NCBI GenBank assembly: GCA_963805435.1
Contig: CAWDUG010000001.1
Span: 199,145-263,144 of the forward strand
Origin: an uncultured Gammaproteobacteria bacterium
Lineage (GTDB): Bacteria; Pseudomonadota; Gammaproteobacteria; Steroidobacterales; Rariloculaceae
Direction: 5' to 3'
Length of the DNA stretch: 64,000 nucleotides
Every line of letters begins with the position of its first letter. The first letter of the stretch is position 1. Position numbers and translations under genes: made by a program. This document shows, piece after piece, positions 46,083 through 57,026 of this stretch. The notes beneath the pieces are model-generated. The model did no database searches. It was not told where the DNA came from and worked only from the letters and a program-made list of their open reading frames with translations.

Positions 46083-49000
46083 ATGGAAATCCGATCGAGC
46101 CGCTGTAGCCTTGGAAGCCGAATCGCGCGCGAGACGCATCGACCTCGAGTCGTGGCCGCCACCTGTTGCCTGCTGGCGCTATGGTTCAGTGCCACGGCCG
46201 TGTCTCAAGAGCGGACAACAGAGGCGACTGCGCAGCCAAACGCCAGGCTGGAGGAAGTCGTAGTTACCGGGTCCCGCATCCGCCGGCAAGACTTCACCGC
46301 CAACAGCCCGATCGCGACCGTCACCAGCGAAACGTTCGAGCAGACGAGCACGATCGGCATCGAAACCGTGCTGAACCAGCTGCCGCAGTTCGTTCCCGGC
46401 GTCACGCAGTTCACGACGACCGATGTGCAGAACACCGCGACGAATACCGTCGGCGCATCGACGATCAGCCTCCGCGGTCTCGGCGCCAATAGAAACGTGG
46501 TGCTCATCGATGGCCGCCGTGGCATGCCCGTGAACGCCCAGTTGGTGGTGGATACCAACAGCATTCCGGCTGCAGCCATTCAGCGGGTCGAGGCGATCTC
46601 TGGCGGCGCTTCGGCCGTCTATGGTGCGGACGCCGTGGGCGGCGTGGTGAACTTCATTCTGCGGAAGGATTTCCAAGGCGCCACCATCGATGCTCGCTAT
46701 GGCTCCACGGAGTACGGAGACAACGACGAGTTCACCATCTCCGGACTATTCGGTGCCAACTTCGAAGACGGCCGGGGCAACGTCATGGTGGCGCTCGAAC
46801 ACTCGCAGCGCGGGGCAGTGCTGGCGACGGCGCGCGATTGGCAACGTGAAGACCTTGCCAATCCCAACATCGCTGGCACGCAGGTGTTCTTCTCGAACAC
46901 TTATATCACCACCAACACCGCTGGCAACTTTCCGTCTCAGGCGGCCGTAAATGCCGCGTTTCCTGCGCTGTCGGCGGGGGCGATTCCGCGCAATGCCTTT
47001 CTTTACATCAACCCAACGCCCGACGGCACCGGCACGGTTTTTACCGGCGCAGACAACACCCAAGCCGCGGCGGCGCGAGGCACATATAGATTCAACGGCC
47101 CTCTGACGGATCCGGACCATCCGGACGCCACCTACAGAAAGTACATGGCCAACGGTCAGCTCGAGGAGAATTCGCTCGACCGCTGGAGCTCGATTCCCCT
47201 GAGCCGCTATTCGTTTCTCGGGCGTGGCCGTTACGACCTCAACGATCGACTCACCGCTTCGATGTCGTTGAACTTCTCCAGAAACCGCGCCGAGACGTTG
47301 CTCGGAATTCCCGGCGCAGGCCTCAACGCGAACAACGCCGTCGTGCCTTACGGAACGGAGGTGTATGCGCCTTCACTCGCCGCCGACGGCGTCACGACGA
47401 GGCCTGCGTATCTACCTGGGGGGACTTACGGCCTGAACTGTGCGCCCACGGGTGGTTGCACGGAATCCCAGGCGTTTCCTCTTCCCACAGAAATCCAAGC
47501 TCTACTCAATTCCCGTGCGAATCCGAATGACGACATTCGCGTCAATCGGCTGCTCGATTTCATGGGAGGGCGGCGCAGCGTCGACGAGTCGCAAACGTAC
47601 CAGTTCGTGTTCGGCTTCAACGGCAGCGCCTTCAAGGACGCGGAATGGGACATCAACTACTCGGTCGGGCATACCGAGAGCGTGATCAATTTCGAAGGCA
47701 TGACGGCCCGCGAGCGCTGGCGCGCGGTCGTTTCATCGCCGAACTTCGGTGTGGGCTTTCTCCGGCAGGGTAACGCTCAGGGCGCGGGATTCGCGGGCGG
47801 CCTCGCCACCTGCGAGACGGGCCTGCCGATCGTGCGCGACTTCGTTCCTTCGCAGGACTGCATCGAGGCGCTGCGCGCCAACCTGCAGAACAACTCTCAG
47901 CTCGATCAAACGATCTTGGAGGGTACGCTCACCGGTACTGCTGCGAAGACTTGGGCAGGCTCCATGCAGTACGCCGTAGGCGTAACGAACCGAGAGGAGC
48001 GGTTTGGGTTCCACACGGACAATTACACGACGAACGAATCGTTCACGGAAACGGGTCTCGGTCTGTTCCCGACGTCGAACACCGTCGGAAAGTTCGATGT
48101 TAAGGAGCTGTACGGCGAGTTGCTCGTGCCCCTGGCTTCTGGGCACAAGGGAGTCGAGCATTTCAACCTGGAGCTCGGCGGTCGCTCCTCCGACTACAGC
48201 AGCGTAGGCAAGATCGATACGTACAAGGCGCTGTTCGACTGGGGGGTCACGTCGTGGGCGCGTCTCAGAGGCGGAGTCAACCGCGCGAATCGCGCGCCGA
48301 ATCTGGGCGAGCTATTCCTTTCGCGCACCCAGGTGGCAGGAAACGCGGGCGGCGTCTACGGCGATCAGTGCTCGGAGAACAGCCTCGAGGGACCGTACAG
48401 CGCCAATCCGAACGTCAACGTGAACGGCGTCGACGGCGCGGCGTTCGCAAGAGCGCTGTGTGCCGCGTTGATGGGGCCCACGGGAACGAGCATCTACTAT
48501 GGCCGCCCGGTGTCGACCCAGCCGACCGTTGGTGCGACGGGTCTCCCGAACACGACGGGCAACGACCAGCTGCAGTCGGAGAAGGCCGATACGCTGACGT
48601 TCGGCCTGGTGATCACCCCGCACTTCGAAGCGCCTTTCTTGAGGGCCATGACGCTGTCACTGGACTACTACAACATCGACATCAAGGACATGATCGCCGT
48701 CGAGGATGCGGACTCCGTGTTCCAGCGCTGTCTCGATCCCGCGTTGAACCCCACGAGCAATGTGAACACACCTGCGTGTCTGGGTCTCGTGCGCGATCCG
48801 TTGAGCGGCGATCCCGTTTCCATCGACTTGAGCTATACGAATGAGGGCCGGTCGATCACCTCGGGTATAGACCTGCAGCTGAATTGGTCGACTCGGCTCG
48901 CCAATGGCAGTTCACTGAGCCTCAACGTGCTCGCGAACAAGAATCTCGAGAACATCACCCAGGTCGCGGCCGTGTTGCCCGAGATCGATTGGGCCGGAAC

Positions 49001-49385
49001 CGAGGGCTGCGCACTGCAGCTGCAATGCATGGGGTACGACTATCGATTGTTCTCGACTTTTACGTACTCCAAGGGGCCGTGGACGATGTCGATGCGCTGG
49101 CAGCACTGGCCATCTATCAAGGCTGCTGCTTACGCAACGACGCCGACGACGGTTCAAACGGGCGTCGAGGATAGCTACGATCTGTTCGCGTTGAGCGCGA
49201 GCTACAACGTAGGCCGGAAGTATTCGATTCGGATGGGTGTGGAGAATTTGTTCGACACCGATCCCCCGCTGAATAACGGGAATCCGGCTGCGACGCCTTT
49301 CCCGATCGCTCCGTCCCATGCCGGCGGCGCCACCTACGATCCACTCGGCCGTCGTTTCTTCGTCGGAGCGAAGATCGACTTCTGA
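46083..49385 (+). CDS. TonB-dependent outer-membrane receptor (long, ~1100 aa)
   Basis: Signal peptide, then a plug region (LEEVVVTGSRIRRQDF, ISLRGLGANRNVVLIDGRR, ISGGASAVYGADAVGGVVNFI). Long beta-barrel and terminal ...FFVGAKIDF aromatic residue. Confidence 0.9.
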   Translation: MEIRSSRCSLGSRIARETHRPRVVAATCCLLALWFSATAVSQERTTEATAQPNARLEEVVVTGSRIRRQDFTANSPIATVTSETFEQTSTIGIETVLNQLPQFVPGVTQFTTTDVQNTATNTVGASTISLRGLGANRNVVLIDGRRGMPVNAQLVVDTNSIPAAAIQRVEAISGGASAVYGADAVGGVVNFILRKDFQGATIDARYGSTEYGDNDEFTISGLFGANFEDGRGNVMVALEHSQRGAVLATARDWQREDLANPNIAGTQVFFSNTYITTNTAGNFPSQAAVNAAFPALSAGAIPRNAFLYINPTPDGTGTVFTGADNTQAAAARGTYRFNGPLTDPDHPDATYRKYMANGQLEENSLDRWSSIPLSRYSFLGRGRYDLNDRLTASMSLNFSRNRAETLLGIPGAGLNANNAVVPYGTEVYAPSLAADGVTTRPAYLPGGTYGLNCAPTGGCTESQAFPLPTEIQALLNSRANPNDDIRVNRLLDFMGGRRSVDESQTYQFVFGFNGSAFKDAEWDINYSVGHTESVINFEGMTARERWRAVVSSPNFGVGFLRQGNAQGAGFAGGLATCETGLPIVRDFVPSQDCIEALRANLQNNSQLDQTILEGTLTGTAAKTWAGSMQYAVGVTNREERFGFHTDNYTTNESFTETGLGLFPTSNTVGKFDVKELYGELLVPLASGHKGVEHFNLELGGRSSDYSSVGKIDTYKALFDWGVTSWARLRGGVNRANRAPNLGELFLSRTQVAGNAGGVYGDQCSENSLEGPYSANPNVNVNGVDGAAFARALCAALMGPTGTSIYYGRPVSTQPTVGATGLPNTTGNDQLQSEKADTLTFGLVITPHFEAPFLRAMTLSLDYYNIDIKDMIAVEDADSVFQRCLDPALNPTSNVNTPACLGLVRDPLSGDPVSIDLSYTNEGRSITSGIDLQLNWSTRLANGSSLSLNVLANKNLENITQVAAVLPEIDWAGTEGCALQLQCMGYDYRLFSTFTYSKGPWTMSMRWQHWPSIKAAAYATTPTTVQTGVEDSYDLFALSASYNVGRKYSIRMGVENLFDTDPPLNNGNPAATPFPIAPSHAGGATYDPLGRRFFVGAKIDF

Positions 49386-49471
49386 GCCGCATTTGCGGCG
49401 ACTGCCACGGTAGCGGCTCGACAAATGTGCGCGGCGCATGTCGGTTGCGCACAGTGGCCTTTGGGGGGTGT

Positions 49472-51118
49472 ATGAGATATGTCTCGCTGATGCGCGGGCT
49501 CGGTGTCGTCGCAGCGTTGGTCTTGGCCGCGTGCACGCGGGCGCCGACGCCGGCCGACGCGAGCGCCGAGCGTAGGCCGAACATCCTGTTCATCATGGCT
49601 GACGATCTTGGGTACTCGGACCTCAGCGCGTTCGGCAGCGAGATTCCGACGCCGAACCTCGATGCGCTAGCGCGTGACGGCATGCTGCTGACGGATTTCC
49701 ACGCGGGCATGTCCTGCGCGCCCACTCGCGCGATGCTGATGTCCGGGATGGATCATCATCGGGCTGGAATGGGCGTGCAGGGCGCGCCGACGCGCGCCGA
49801 TCAGCGCGGCCAACCGGGGTACGAGGGGTACTTGAACTTCCGCGTGGCCTCGTTGGCCGAGCTCATGAGCGATGCCGGCTACGATACGTACATGGCCGGC
49901 AAATGGCATCTGGGCGAAGAAGTGGAACAGGGACCACGCGCACGTGGGTTCAAGCGCTCGTTCGTGTTGCTGGGAGGCGCCGCCGCGCATCTCGGCGGCT
50001 GGGATTGGCGCGGTCCCAATCCCGCTCAGTATCGAGATGGCGAAGAGGCCGTGCAGGTCGGCGACGACTTCTACTCCACGCGCCAGTACACGCAACGAAT
50101 GATCAACTACATCGAGCAGGATCGCGGCGACGGTAGGCCTTTCTTTGCCTACCTTGCCTATACCGCACCGCACTGGCCTCTGCAGGCTCCCGATGAGTCG
50201 ATCGCCCGCTTCAAGGGGCGTTACGACGCGGGATACGAGGCGCTGTACGCGAGCCGCTTAGGACGTTTGAAGGAGCTCGGGTTCGTTAGTCGCGACGCCG
50301 AGCCGATCGACGACGCACGTTTTCAGCCGCGCTGGAGCGAGCTATCGGAGGACGAGCGACGGTTCGAGGCGCGTCGCATGGAGATCTACGCGGCGATGGT
50401 GAGCGATCTCGACGCCTATGTCGGCGAGGTCATCGCGTACCTCAAACGTGTCGGTGAGCTCGATAATACGTTCATCATGTTCATGTCCGACAATGGCCCG
50501 GAGCCGTCGCGGCTCGATCTCCGGCCACCGATCAGCGCGCAGATCGGTCCGGTGTACGACAACAGCTTGGCCAACCTGGGGCGCGCCAATAGCTATGTCA
50601 TGTACGGCCGCAATTGGGCGAGCGTCAGCGCCTCGCCGTACTTCGGCCACAAGGTGACGGGCTTCGAGGGCGGTGTCCGCGTGCCCGCGTTCGTGTATTT
50701 CCCGCGCCTCGTGCCGCGAGGTCGGCGTAACGATGGCGCGGCCACGGTCATGGACCTGCTACCCACCTTCCTTGCCCTCGCGGGCACGGTGCCGCCGGGC
50801 GATCTGTACCGCGGCCGCCCCGTGTTGCCGGTCCAGGGCGTCTCTCTGCTGCCGGTGTTCGCGGGTGAAGCGGCAGGGGTGCATCCCAATGATGCGGTCT
50901 TCGGCTTCGAGCTGCTCGGCCAGCGCGCCGTGCGGCAAGGCGGCTGGAAGGTCGTCTGGGATCGGCGGTTGCCCCCGGCGCAGCAGCACTGGCAATTATT
51001 CGATCTCGCGACCGACCCGTTTGAGCAACACGACGAGAGCTCCGTTCAGCCGGCGCAGCTGGCACTCATGGAGCGCCTTTGGCAGCGGTACGACGAGGAG
51101 AACGGAGTCATCTACTGA
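49472..51118 (+). CDS. arylsulfatase (formylglycine-dependent), lipoprotein
   Basis: Lipobox LVLAAC. NILFIMADDLGYSD, the sulfatase signature SCAPTRAMLMSG (C-x-P-x-R) and GKWHLG. Confidence 0.9.
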   Translation: MRYVSLMRGLGVVAALVLAACTRAPTPADASAERRPNILFIMADDLGYSDLSAFGSEIPTPNLDALARDGMLLTDFHAGMSCAPTRAMLMSGMDHHRAGMGVQGAPTRADQRGQPGYEGYLNFRVASLAELMSDAGYDTYMAGKWHLGEEVEQGPRARGFKRSFVLLGGAAAHLGGWDWRGPNPAQYRDGEEAVQVGDDFYSTRQYTQRMINYIEQDRGDGRPFFAYLAYTAPHWPLQAPDESIARFKGRYDAGYEALYASRLGRLKELGFVSRDAEPIDDARFQPRWSELSEDERRFEARRMEIYAAMVSDLDAYVGEVIAYLKRVGELDNTFIMFMSDNGPEPSRLDLRPPISAQIGPVYDNSLANLGRANSYVMYGRNWASVSASPYFGHKVTGFEGGVRVPAFVYFPRLVPRGRRNDGAATVMDLLPTFLALAGTVPPGDLYRGRPVLPVQGVSLLPVFAGEAAGVHPNDAVFGFELLGQRAVRQGGWKVVWDRRLPPAQQHWQLFDLATDPFEQHDESSVQPAQLALMERLWQRYDEENGVIY

Positions 51119-52098
51119 TGCGGCGTGCCGCCCCGCTGTTGCTCGGTCTGACGTTGGCAGCAGCCACCTGGCTCGCGCGAGAGAAGTCGTCGAGCCTGGT
51201 TGAAAACGCCGCCGGGCTTCGTGCCTGCGGACCGAGCGGCGCGGATTCTCCCCGGCCCGGGATGGTGTTCGTGCCGGGCGGGGAATTTACGATGGGCGCC
51301 GACTCGACGCTGCCCGAAGAGGGGCCCGCGGTTCGCCAAGCCGTAACCGGCTTCTGGGTGGATCGAACGGAAGTGACGAACGCCGAGTTTGCGGCATTCG
51401 TCGCTGCGACCGGTTACCGAACGCTCGCGGAGCGCGGTGTGCGTGTGACCACCAGTCCGAAATCGCCAGTGGTATCCGGCTCGGCTGTGTTCCACGCGCC
51501 GAGCGCAGGTGGCGTCGGGGGGCCCGGAGACTGGTGGAAGTTCGTGCCGGGAGCGAATTGGCTCGCGCCCGAAGGCCCCGGCTCAACGATTGACGGCCGG
51601 GCGCACTATCCGGTCGTGCACGTGGCTTGGGAAGACGCGATGGCTTACGCAGCCTGGGCCGGCCGCACCCTACCGACCGAAGCGCAGTTCGAGTACGCCG
51701 CCCAGACCAGCCGCCGGGTGAATCCCGCCGGTCAGCACGTCGCGAACACGTGGCAAGGCCTGTTTCCGCTCGCGAACGACGCTGCTGACGGCTATGTGGA
51801 CGCGGCGCCGGTGGCTTGCTACGCACCGAATCAGCTCGGGATCTACGATTTGATCGGTAACGTCTGGGAGTGGACGGCGAGTGCCTACTACCCGCGGCAC
51901 GATTTTGCCGCCCCGACCGACTACCCGGAAGGGTATGACCCGAGCCAACCGAGCGAGGCCGTGGCCGTGCTGAAGGGCGGCTCCTATCTGTGTGCTCCGA
52001 ACTATTGCATGCGCTACCGGCCGGAAGCCCGTCTCGGGCAGAGCAAAGGCCTCGGGGCCTCCCATATCGGGTTTCGTACGGTGCTCAATGAAGACTGA
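51118..52098 (+). CDS. formylglycine-generating enzyme (FGE/SUMF1 family)
   Basis: MVFVPGGEFTMGAD, FWVDRTEVTNAEFAAFV, HPVVHVAWEDAMAYAAWAG, YDLIGNVWEWT and GGSYLC blocks. Its ATG overlaps the sulfatase stop (TGATG at 51116-51120). Confidence 0.9.
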   Translation: MRRAAPLLLGLTLAAATWLAREKSSSLVENAAGLRACGPSGADSPRPGMVFVPGGEFTMGADSTLPEEGPAVRQAVTGFWVDRTEVTNAEFAAFVAATGYRTLAERGVRVTTSPKSPVVSGSAVFHAPSAGGVGGPGDWWKFVPGANWLAPEGPGSTIDGRAHYPVVHVAWEDAMAYAAWAGRTLPTEAQFEYAAQTSRRVNPAGQHVANTWQGLFPLANDAADGYVDAAPVACYAPNQLGIYDLIGNVWEWTASAYYPRHDFAAPTDYPEGYDPSQPSEAVAVLKGGSYLCAPNYCMRYRPEARLGQSKGLGASHIGFRTVLNED

Positions 52099-52250
52099 CC
52101 GAGCGTAGGGGCGCTCTCGACGAGGTCCCGGGCCCCGCCGCGGCTGAGGATCGTCCCAAGCTTGAGAAGTGCGAAGGTTGCCCGGCGTGGATTCCGGCCG
52201 CGCCGCTTCTGCGCGACAATCCCAGGATGGATGTCGATCCTTGAGCCGAA

Positions 52251-54690
52251 ATGCGACGTAATCTCTGGCTGGCCGGCGCCGCGGTCGCGGTCGTGGCCGC
52301 CGTGGCCGTCGGTCGTCGGTCACGCGTTTCGAGCAGCGGCGCGAGCAGCAGCGCTTCGCGCTGTTCACGAAATACTGCACGGACTGCCATAACGCCGCGG
52401 ACTTCGCGGGTAACCTGTCGTTCGAGCAGGTGACGCCGGACTCCGTGCCGCAGCACGCCGCGCAGTTCGAGGCCGCCATCGTGAAGCTGCGCGGCCGGCT
52501 CATGCCGCCGCCCGGCAATCCGCAGCCCTCGAAGGCCGACGTCGACGGGCTCATCGCGACGCTCGAGCGCACGATCGACGAGCATGCGCCGCAGCAGATC
52601 GGCTACGTGGCCGCGCAGCGGCTCGACCGCACGGAATACGCGAACGCCGTGAAGGCGTTGCTCGACGTCGACATCGATCCGAAGGAATACCTGCCGGCCG
52701 AGATCGAGATCCACGGCTTCACGAACATCGCGGCCGCGCTCAGCACGTCGCCCTCGTTCGTCGAGCAATACGTCGACGCCGCGGGCGCCGTCGCGCACCT
52801 CGCCGTCGGCGAGCCGAATCCGAAGGTGGCCAACGCGTACTTTCCGCCGCCCACGGCGCGCCAGGACGCGTACGTGCCGGGCCTGCCGCTCGGCACGCGC
52901 GGCGGCACGAAGTTCACGCATACGTTCCCGGCCGACGGCGAGTATCGGCTCACGATCGCCGATCTCGGCCTGGGGCTGTACCCGCGCGCGGTCGAGACGC
53001 GGCAGACGCTCGTGGTGCTCGTCGATCGCGCCGAGCAGTTCCGCGCCGACATCGGCGGGCCCGAGGACTTGGCGCTCGTGAACTTGGGCGGCGCGCCCGC
53101 GCGCGCGGAGGTCATGAGCCGCTTCAAGAACATTCCGCTGAAGGTCACGGCCGGCACGCACGAGGTGGCCGTCACGTTCATCGAGCGCTCGCGCGCGGCG
53201 GACGACGAGCAGATCGCCGACTACGGCCCGAGCGCCGGCTTCTCGTTCTCGAGCGCGCAGCGCGTCGCGGGCATCATCGGCGGCATCAACATGGTGGGCC
53301 CGTTCAATTCCACGGGCTCACGAAGACCGAGAGCCGCAAGAAGCTCTTCGTCTGCGAGCCCGAAGTCGCGGCGCGCGAGCGCGAGTGCGCGCTTGAAATC
53401 ACGGCCAACCTCGCGCGGCGCGCGTTCCGCCGGCCCGTGGGCCAGGCGGACGTCGACCGGCTCATGCCGTTCTTCGACGAGGGCCGCAAGGGCGCGGGCG
53501 GCTTCGACGAAGGCATCGAGCTCATGACCACGGCGGTGCTCGCGAGCCCCGATTTCCTGTATCGCTCGATCGCGCCGGCGCAGGACGCTGCCGCCGCGAG
53601 CCACGCGCTCACGGCGCTCGAGCTCGCGTCGCGGCTCTCGTTCTTCCTGTGGAGCCAGGGCCCCGACGACGAGCTGCTGAAGCTCGCGGAGTCGGGGGAG
53701 CTCGCGCGCCCGAACGTGCTCGCGGCGCAAGTCTCGCGCATGCTCGCCGACCCGCGCGCCGAAGTGCTCGTGACGAGCTTCGCCGAGGGCTGGCTCGCGC
53801 GTCGACGATCTCGACGCCGTGCAGCCCGACAAGCTTCTGTACCCCGAGTTCACGCGCGGGGCTGCGCGAGGATTTCGCCGAGGAGATCCGCCTGTTCCTG
53901 ACGAGCGTGCTGCTCGAGGACCGCAACGTGCAGACGCTGCTCACGGCCGACTACACGTTCGTGAACGAGCGGCTCGCGCGCCACTACGGCATCGACGGCG
54001 TCGTCGGGCCGCAGTTCCGCCAGGTGAAGCTCGACAGATCCCGTGCGCCACGGCCTGCTCGGCAAGGGCGCGATGCTGCTGCGCACGTCGTACGGCAACC
54101 GCACGTCGCCCGTGCTGCGCGGCGCCTGGGTGCTCGACAAGCTCATGGGCACGCCGCCGACGCCGCCGCCGCCCGGGGTCGAGACGAATCTCGACACGCC
54201 CGAGGGCGAGCAGCCGAAGACCGTGCGCGAGCGGCTGCAGCAGCATCGCAAGAATCCCACCTGCGCCGCGTGTCACGGCGTGATCGATCCGTACGGGCTG
54301 GCGCTCGAGAATTTCACGGCCACCGGCGCCTGGCGCACGGTCGACACGGAAGCCGGGGCGCCGATCGACCCGCACTCGGAGCTCTCGGGCGGCAGGCCCG
54401 TCGACGGCCCGGCGGCGCTCACCGCCGCGCTGCTCGCGCGCGACGACCAGTTCGTGCAAGCGCTGACCGAAAAGCTCATGATGTATGCGCTCGGGCGCGA
54501 GCTCGAGTACTACGACATGCCGCAGGTGCGCGCGATCGTGCACGCCGCGAAGGGGCAGAATTACAGGTTCTCGGCGCTGGTCGCCGGCATCGTGCAGAGC
54601 GACGCGTTTCGCATGCAGGCCGCGGCGCCCAGGGGAGAATCTTCGAATCGAGGCTCGGCGCAGGCGTCGCTCGGCGCCGCCGGCCGGTAG
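52251..54690 (+). pseudogene. DUF1592-type multidomain protein with two CxxCH motifs, copy B, five or more frameshifts
   Basis: MRRNLWLAGAAVAVVAAVAV (TM segment), then FTKYCTDCHNAADFAGNLSFEQV, LRGRLMPPPG, QRLDRTEYANAVKALLDV, ELASRLSFFLWSQ, LLTADYTFVNERLARHYG and TCAACHGVIDPYGLALENF. These are spread over ORFs 52251, 52430, 53437, 53819, 53649 and 54043 in different frames. Confidence 0.75.
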
Positions 54691-54704
54691 CCAAGGGGAA
54701 GCTC

Positions 54705-56049
54705 ATGTTCATCACGAAGAAGCATCTGTCCCGCCGCACGGTGCTGAAGGCCGCCGGCGTTTAGCTTGAGCCTGCCGCTGCTCGACGCGATGATCCCGGC
54801 GGCCACGGCGCTCGCGCAGACCGCGGCAAAGCCGAAGCTCCGCGCCGGGTTCTTCTACATTCCGCACGGCGCGATCATGTGGAACACGCCGTACGGCAAG
54901 GACATGGACCACTGGACGCCGAGCGGCGCGGGCGCCGACTTCAAGTTGAGCCCGATCTTGAAGCCGCTCGAGAACTACAAGCGCTACGTAGCCACGTTCG
55001 GCAACCTCGAGAACAAGCTGCCGCAGGGCTCCGTGCACACGATCGTGCCGGCCACGTGGCTCTCGAGCGTCAAGCCGGACCAGAAGGCCACGGGCGCGCA
55101 CATGGCGCAGACGATCGACCAGATGATCGCGGCGAAGATCGGCGGCGACACCGTGCTGCCGAGTCTCGAGGTGGCGTCCGAGACCACCACGCAGAGCGCC
55201 GCGTGCGGCACGGGCGCGTGCTACTACAGCTCGACGCTGTCGTTCCGCAACGCCACCACGCCGCTGCCGATGGAGTTCAACCCGCGCAAGGTGTTCGTGC
55301 AGCTGTTCGGCGCCGGCGACACGGCCGAGGAGCGCGCGACGCTCGCGCACCGGCGCGCGAGCGTGCTCGACATGATCAGCGGCCGCACGCAGGAGTTGAA
55401 GCGCGAGCTCGGCCCCGCCGATCAGCGCGTGCTCGACGGCTACCTCGAGTCCGTGCGCGAGACGGAGCGGCGCGTCGCGAAGGCGTCCGAGCGCGATCTC
55501 ACCGGCATCGACCTGCCCGGCGCGCCGATCGGCGAGCTGCCGGATTTCGATGAGCAGGTGAAGCTCATGTTCGATCTGATCCACCTCGCGTATCAGGCGA
55601 ACATCACGCGCGTGGCGTCGTACATCATGGTGGCCGAGGGCACGAACCGCACGTACAACCACATCGGCGTGTCCGACGCGTTCCACCCGCTGTCGCACCA
55701 CGCGAACAACAAGGACCGCATCGAGAAGCTCGTGAAGGTGCAGACCTACCACGTGCAGCGCTTCGCGGACTTCTTCGACAAGCTCGCGAAGACGCCCGAC
55801 GGCGAAGGCTCGCTGCTCGATCACTCGCTGCTGATGTACGGCTCGAACATGAGCAACAGCGATCGGCACAACAACTATCCGCTGCCGATCCTGCTCGCCG
55901 GCGGCGCGAACGGCGCGTTGAAGGGCGGGCAGCACGTGATGTTGCCCGAGTACACCACGTTCTCGAATCTGCATCTCACCGTTTTGAACAAGGCCGGGCT
56001 CGAGCAGAAGAGCATCGGCGACAGCACGGGCGAGATCGCGGGCGTCTAG
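54705..56049 (+). pseudogene. DUF1552 domain protein (Tat signal), copy B, one frameshift in the signal region
   Basis: MFITKKHLSRRTVLKAAGV stops at 54762-54764. ...LSLPLLDAMIPA continues in ORF 54766..56049, which carries FHPLSHH and GSNMSNSDRHN. Junction at a TTT run near ~54762. Confidence 0.8.
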
Positions 56050-56066
56050 GCGGAGCGTGGGGGCGC

Positions 56067-57026
56067 ATGTCCTTCGCAACGGCAATCAACCGGCGCGATG
56101 TGATGCGCGGGCTCGCGGCGCTGAGTCTGGCGCCGCTCGCCGTGTCCGTCGCGCGCGCGGCGGATGCACTCACCGTTACCGATGTTGGGCCCGACATCAA
56201 AGTGATCTGCCGGTGGGGGCGGCAACATCGTGGTGCTGGCGACCAGCGCCGGGCTCGTCCTGGTCGACAGTGGTTCGGCGGAGGCGCGGCAAGAGACTCT
56301 CGCCAGGATCGCCAGGATCGCCAGGGAAGACAAGAAGAGCGGTGGGGCCGGTGCGAAGGTGGTCGCACTCGTGAACACTCACTGGCATCCCGATCAGACC
56401 GGGGCGAATGAGGCGCTCGGGACGGCCGGGGCGACGATCATTGCGCACGCGAAGACGCGGCAGCGGCTGACCGCCGGGTGGTACGTGCCGGCGGACGATC
56501 GGTACGAGAAGCCCCTGGCTGTTGCTGGTCGGCCTACGAAGACGTTCTTCACGTACGGACGCGGTGACGTTCGGCGACAGGCAGCGTCGAGCTCGGCTAT
56601 CTGATCGAGGCGCACACCGACGGCGACGCGTACGTGCGGCTTCCCGACGGAACGTGATTGTGGCGGGCGACGCGGTCTCTCCGCAGCGCGACCCCGTGCT
56701 CGATTGGTTCGGCGGCGGCTGGCTCGGCGGCCGCGTCGATGCGCTCGCGAAGCTGCTCGCGCATGGGCGACGCGCGCACGCGGTACGTGCCGAGCTTCGG
56801 CCCCGTGATCGGGCGCACCGAGGTGCAGGCCGAGCACGACCTCATGCTCACGATCTTCGACCGCATCGTCGTGAACTTGCGGCAGGGCCAAACGGCCGCC
56901 GACATGCAGAAGGCGGGCGTGCTCGACGGTCTGCCGCGCACGTTCGAGGACCCCGCCAAGTTTCTGTACGACGCGGACAAGGGTTTCTGGGCGCATCACA
57001 ACAAGCTCATGCCGGACATCGTATGA
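56067..57026 (+). pseudogene. Tat-exported metallo-beta-lactamase-fold hydrolase, four or more frameshifts
   Basis: MSFATAINRRDVMRGLAALSLAPLAVS is a Tat signal. VALVNTHWHPDQTG is an H-x-H-x-D-type motif with Gln in the last position. EAHTDGDAY, VIVAGDAV and the C-terminal ...GFWAHHNKLMPDIV lie in several frames. Confidence 0.65.
56301..56325. repeat. 9-bp tandem repeat (CGCCAGGAT x2 plus a partial unit) inside the MBL-fold gene
   Basis: cgccaggat cgccaggat cgccagg read directly from the sequence. It encodes ARIARIAR in frame. Confidence 0.8.

Noticed and set aside
56301-56325. Tandem repeat considered as a CRISPR or minisatellite array
   Set aside because: There are only 2.8 units of 9 bp, no spacers, and it lies inside a coding region.
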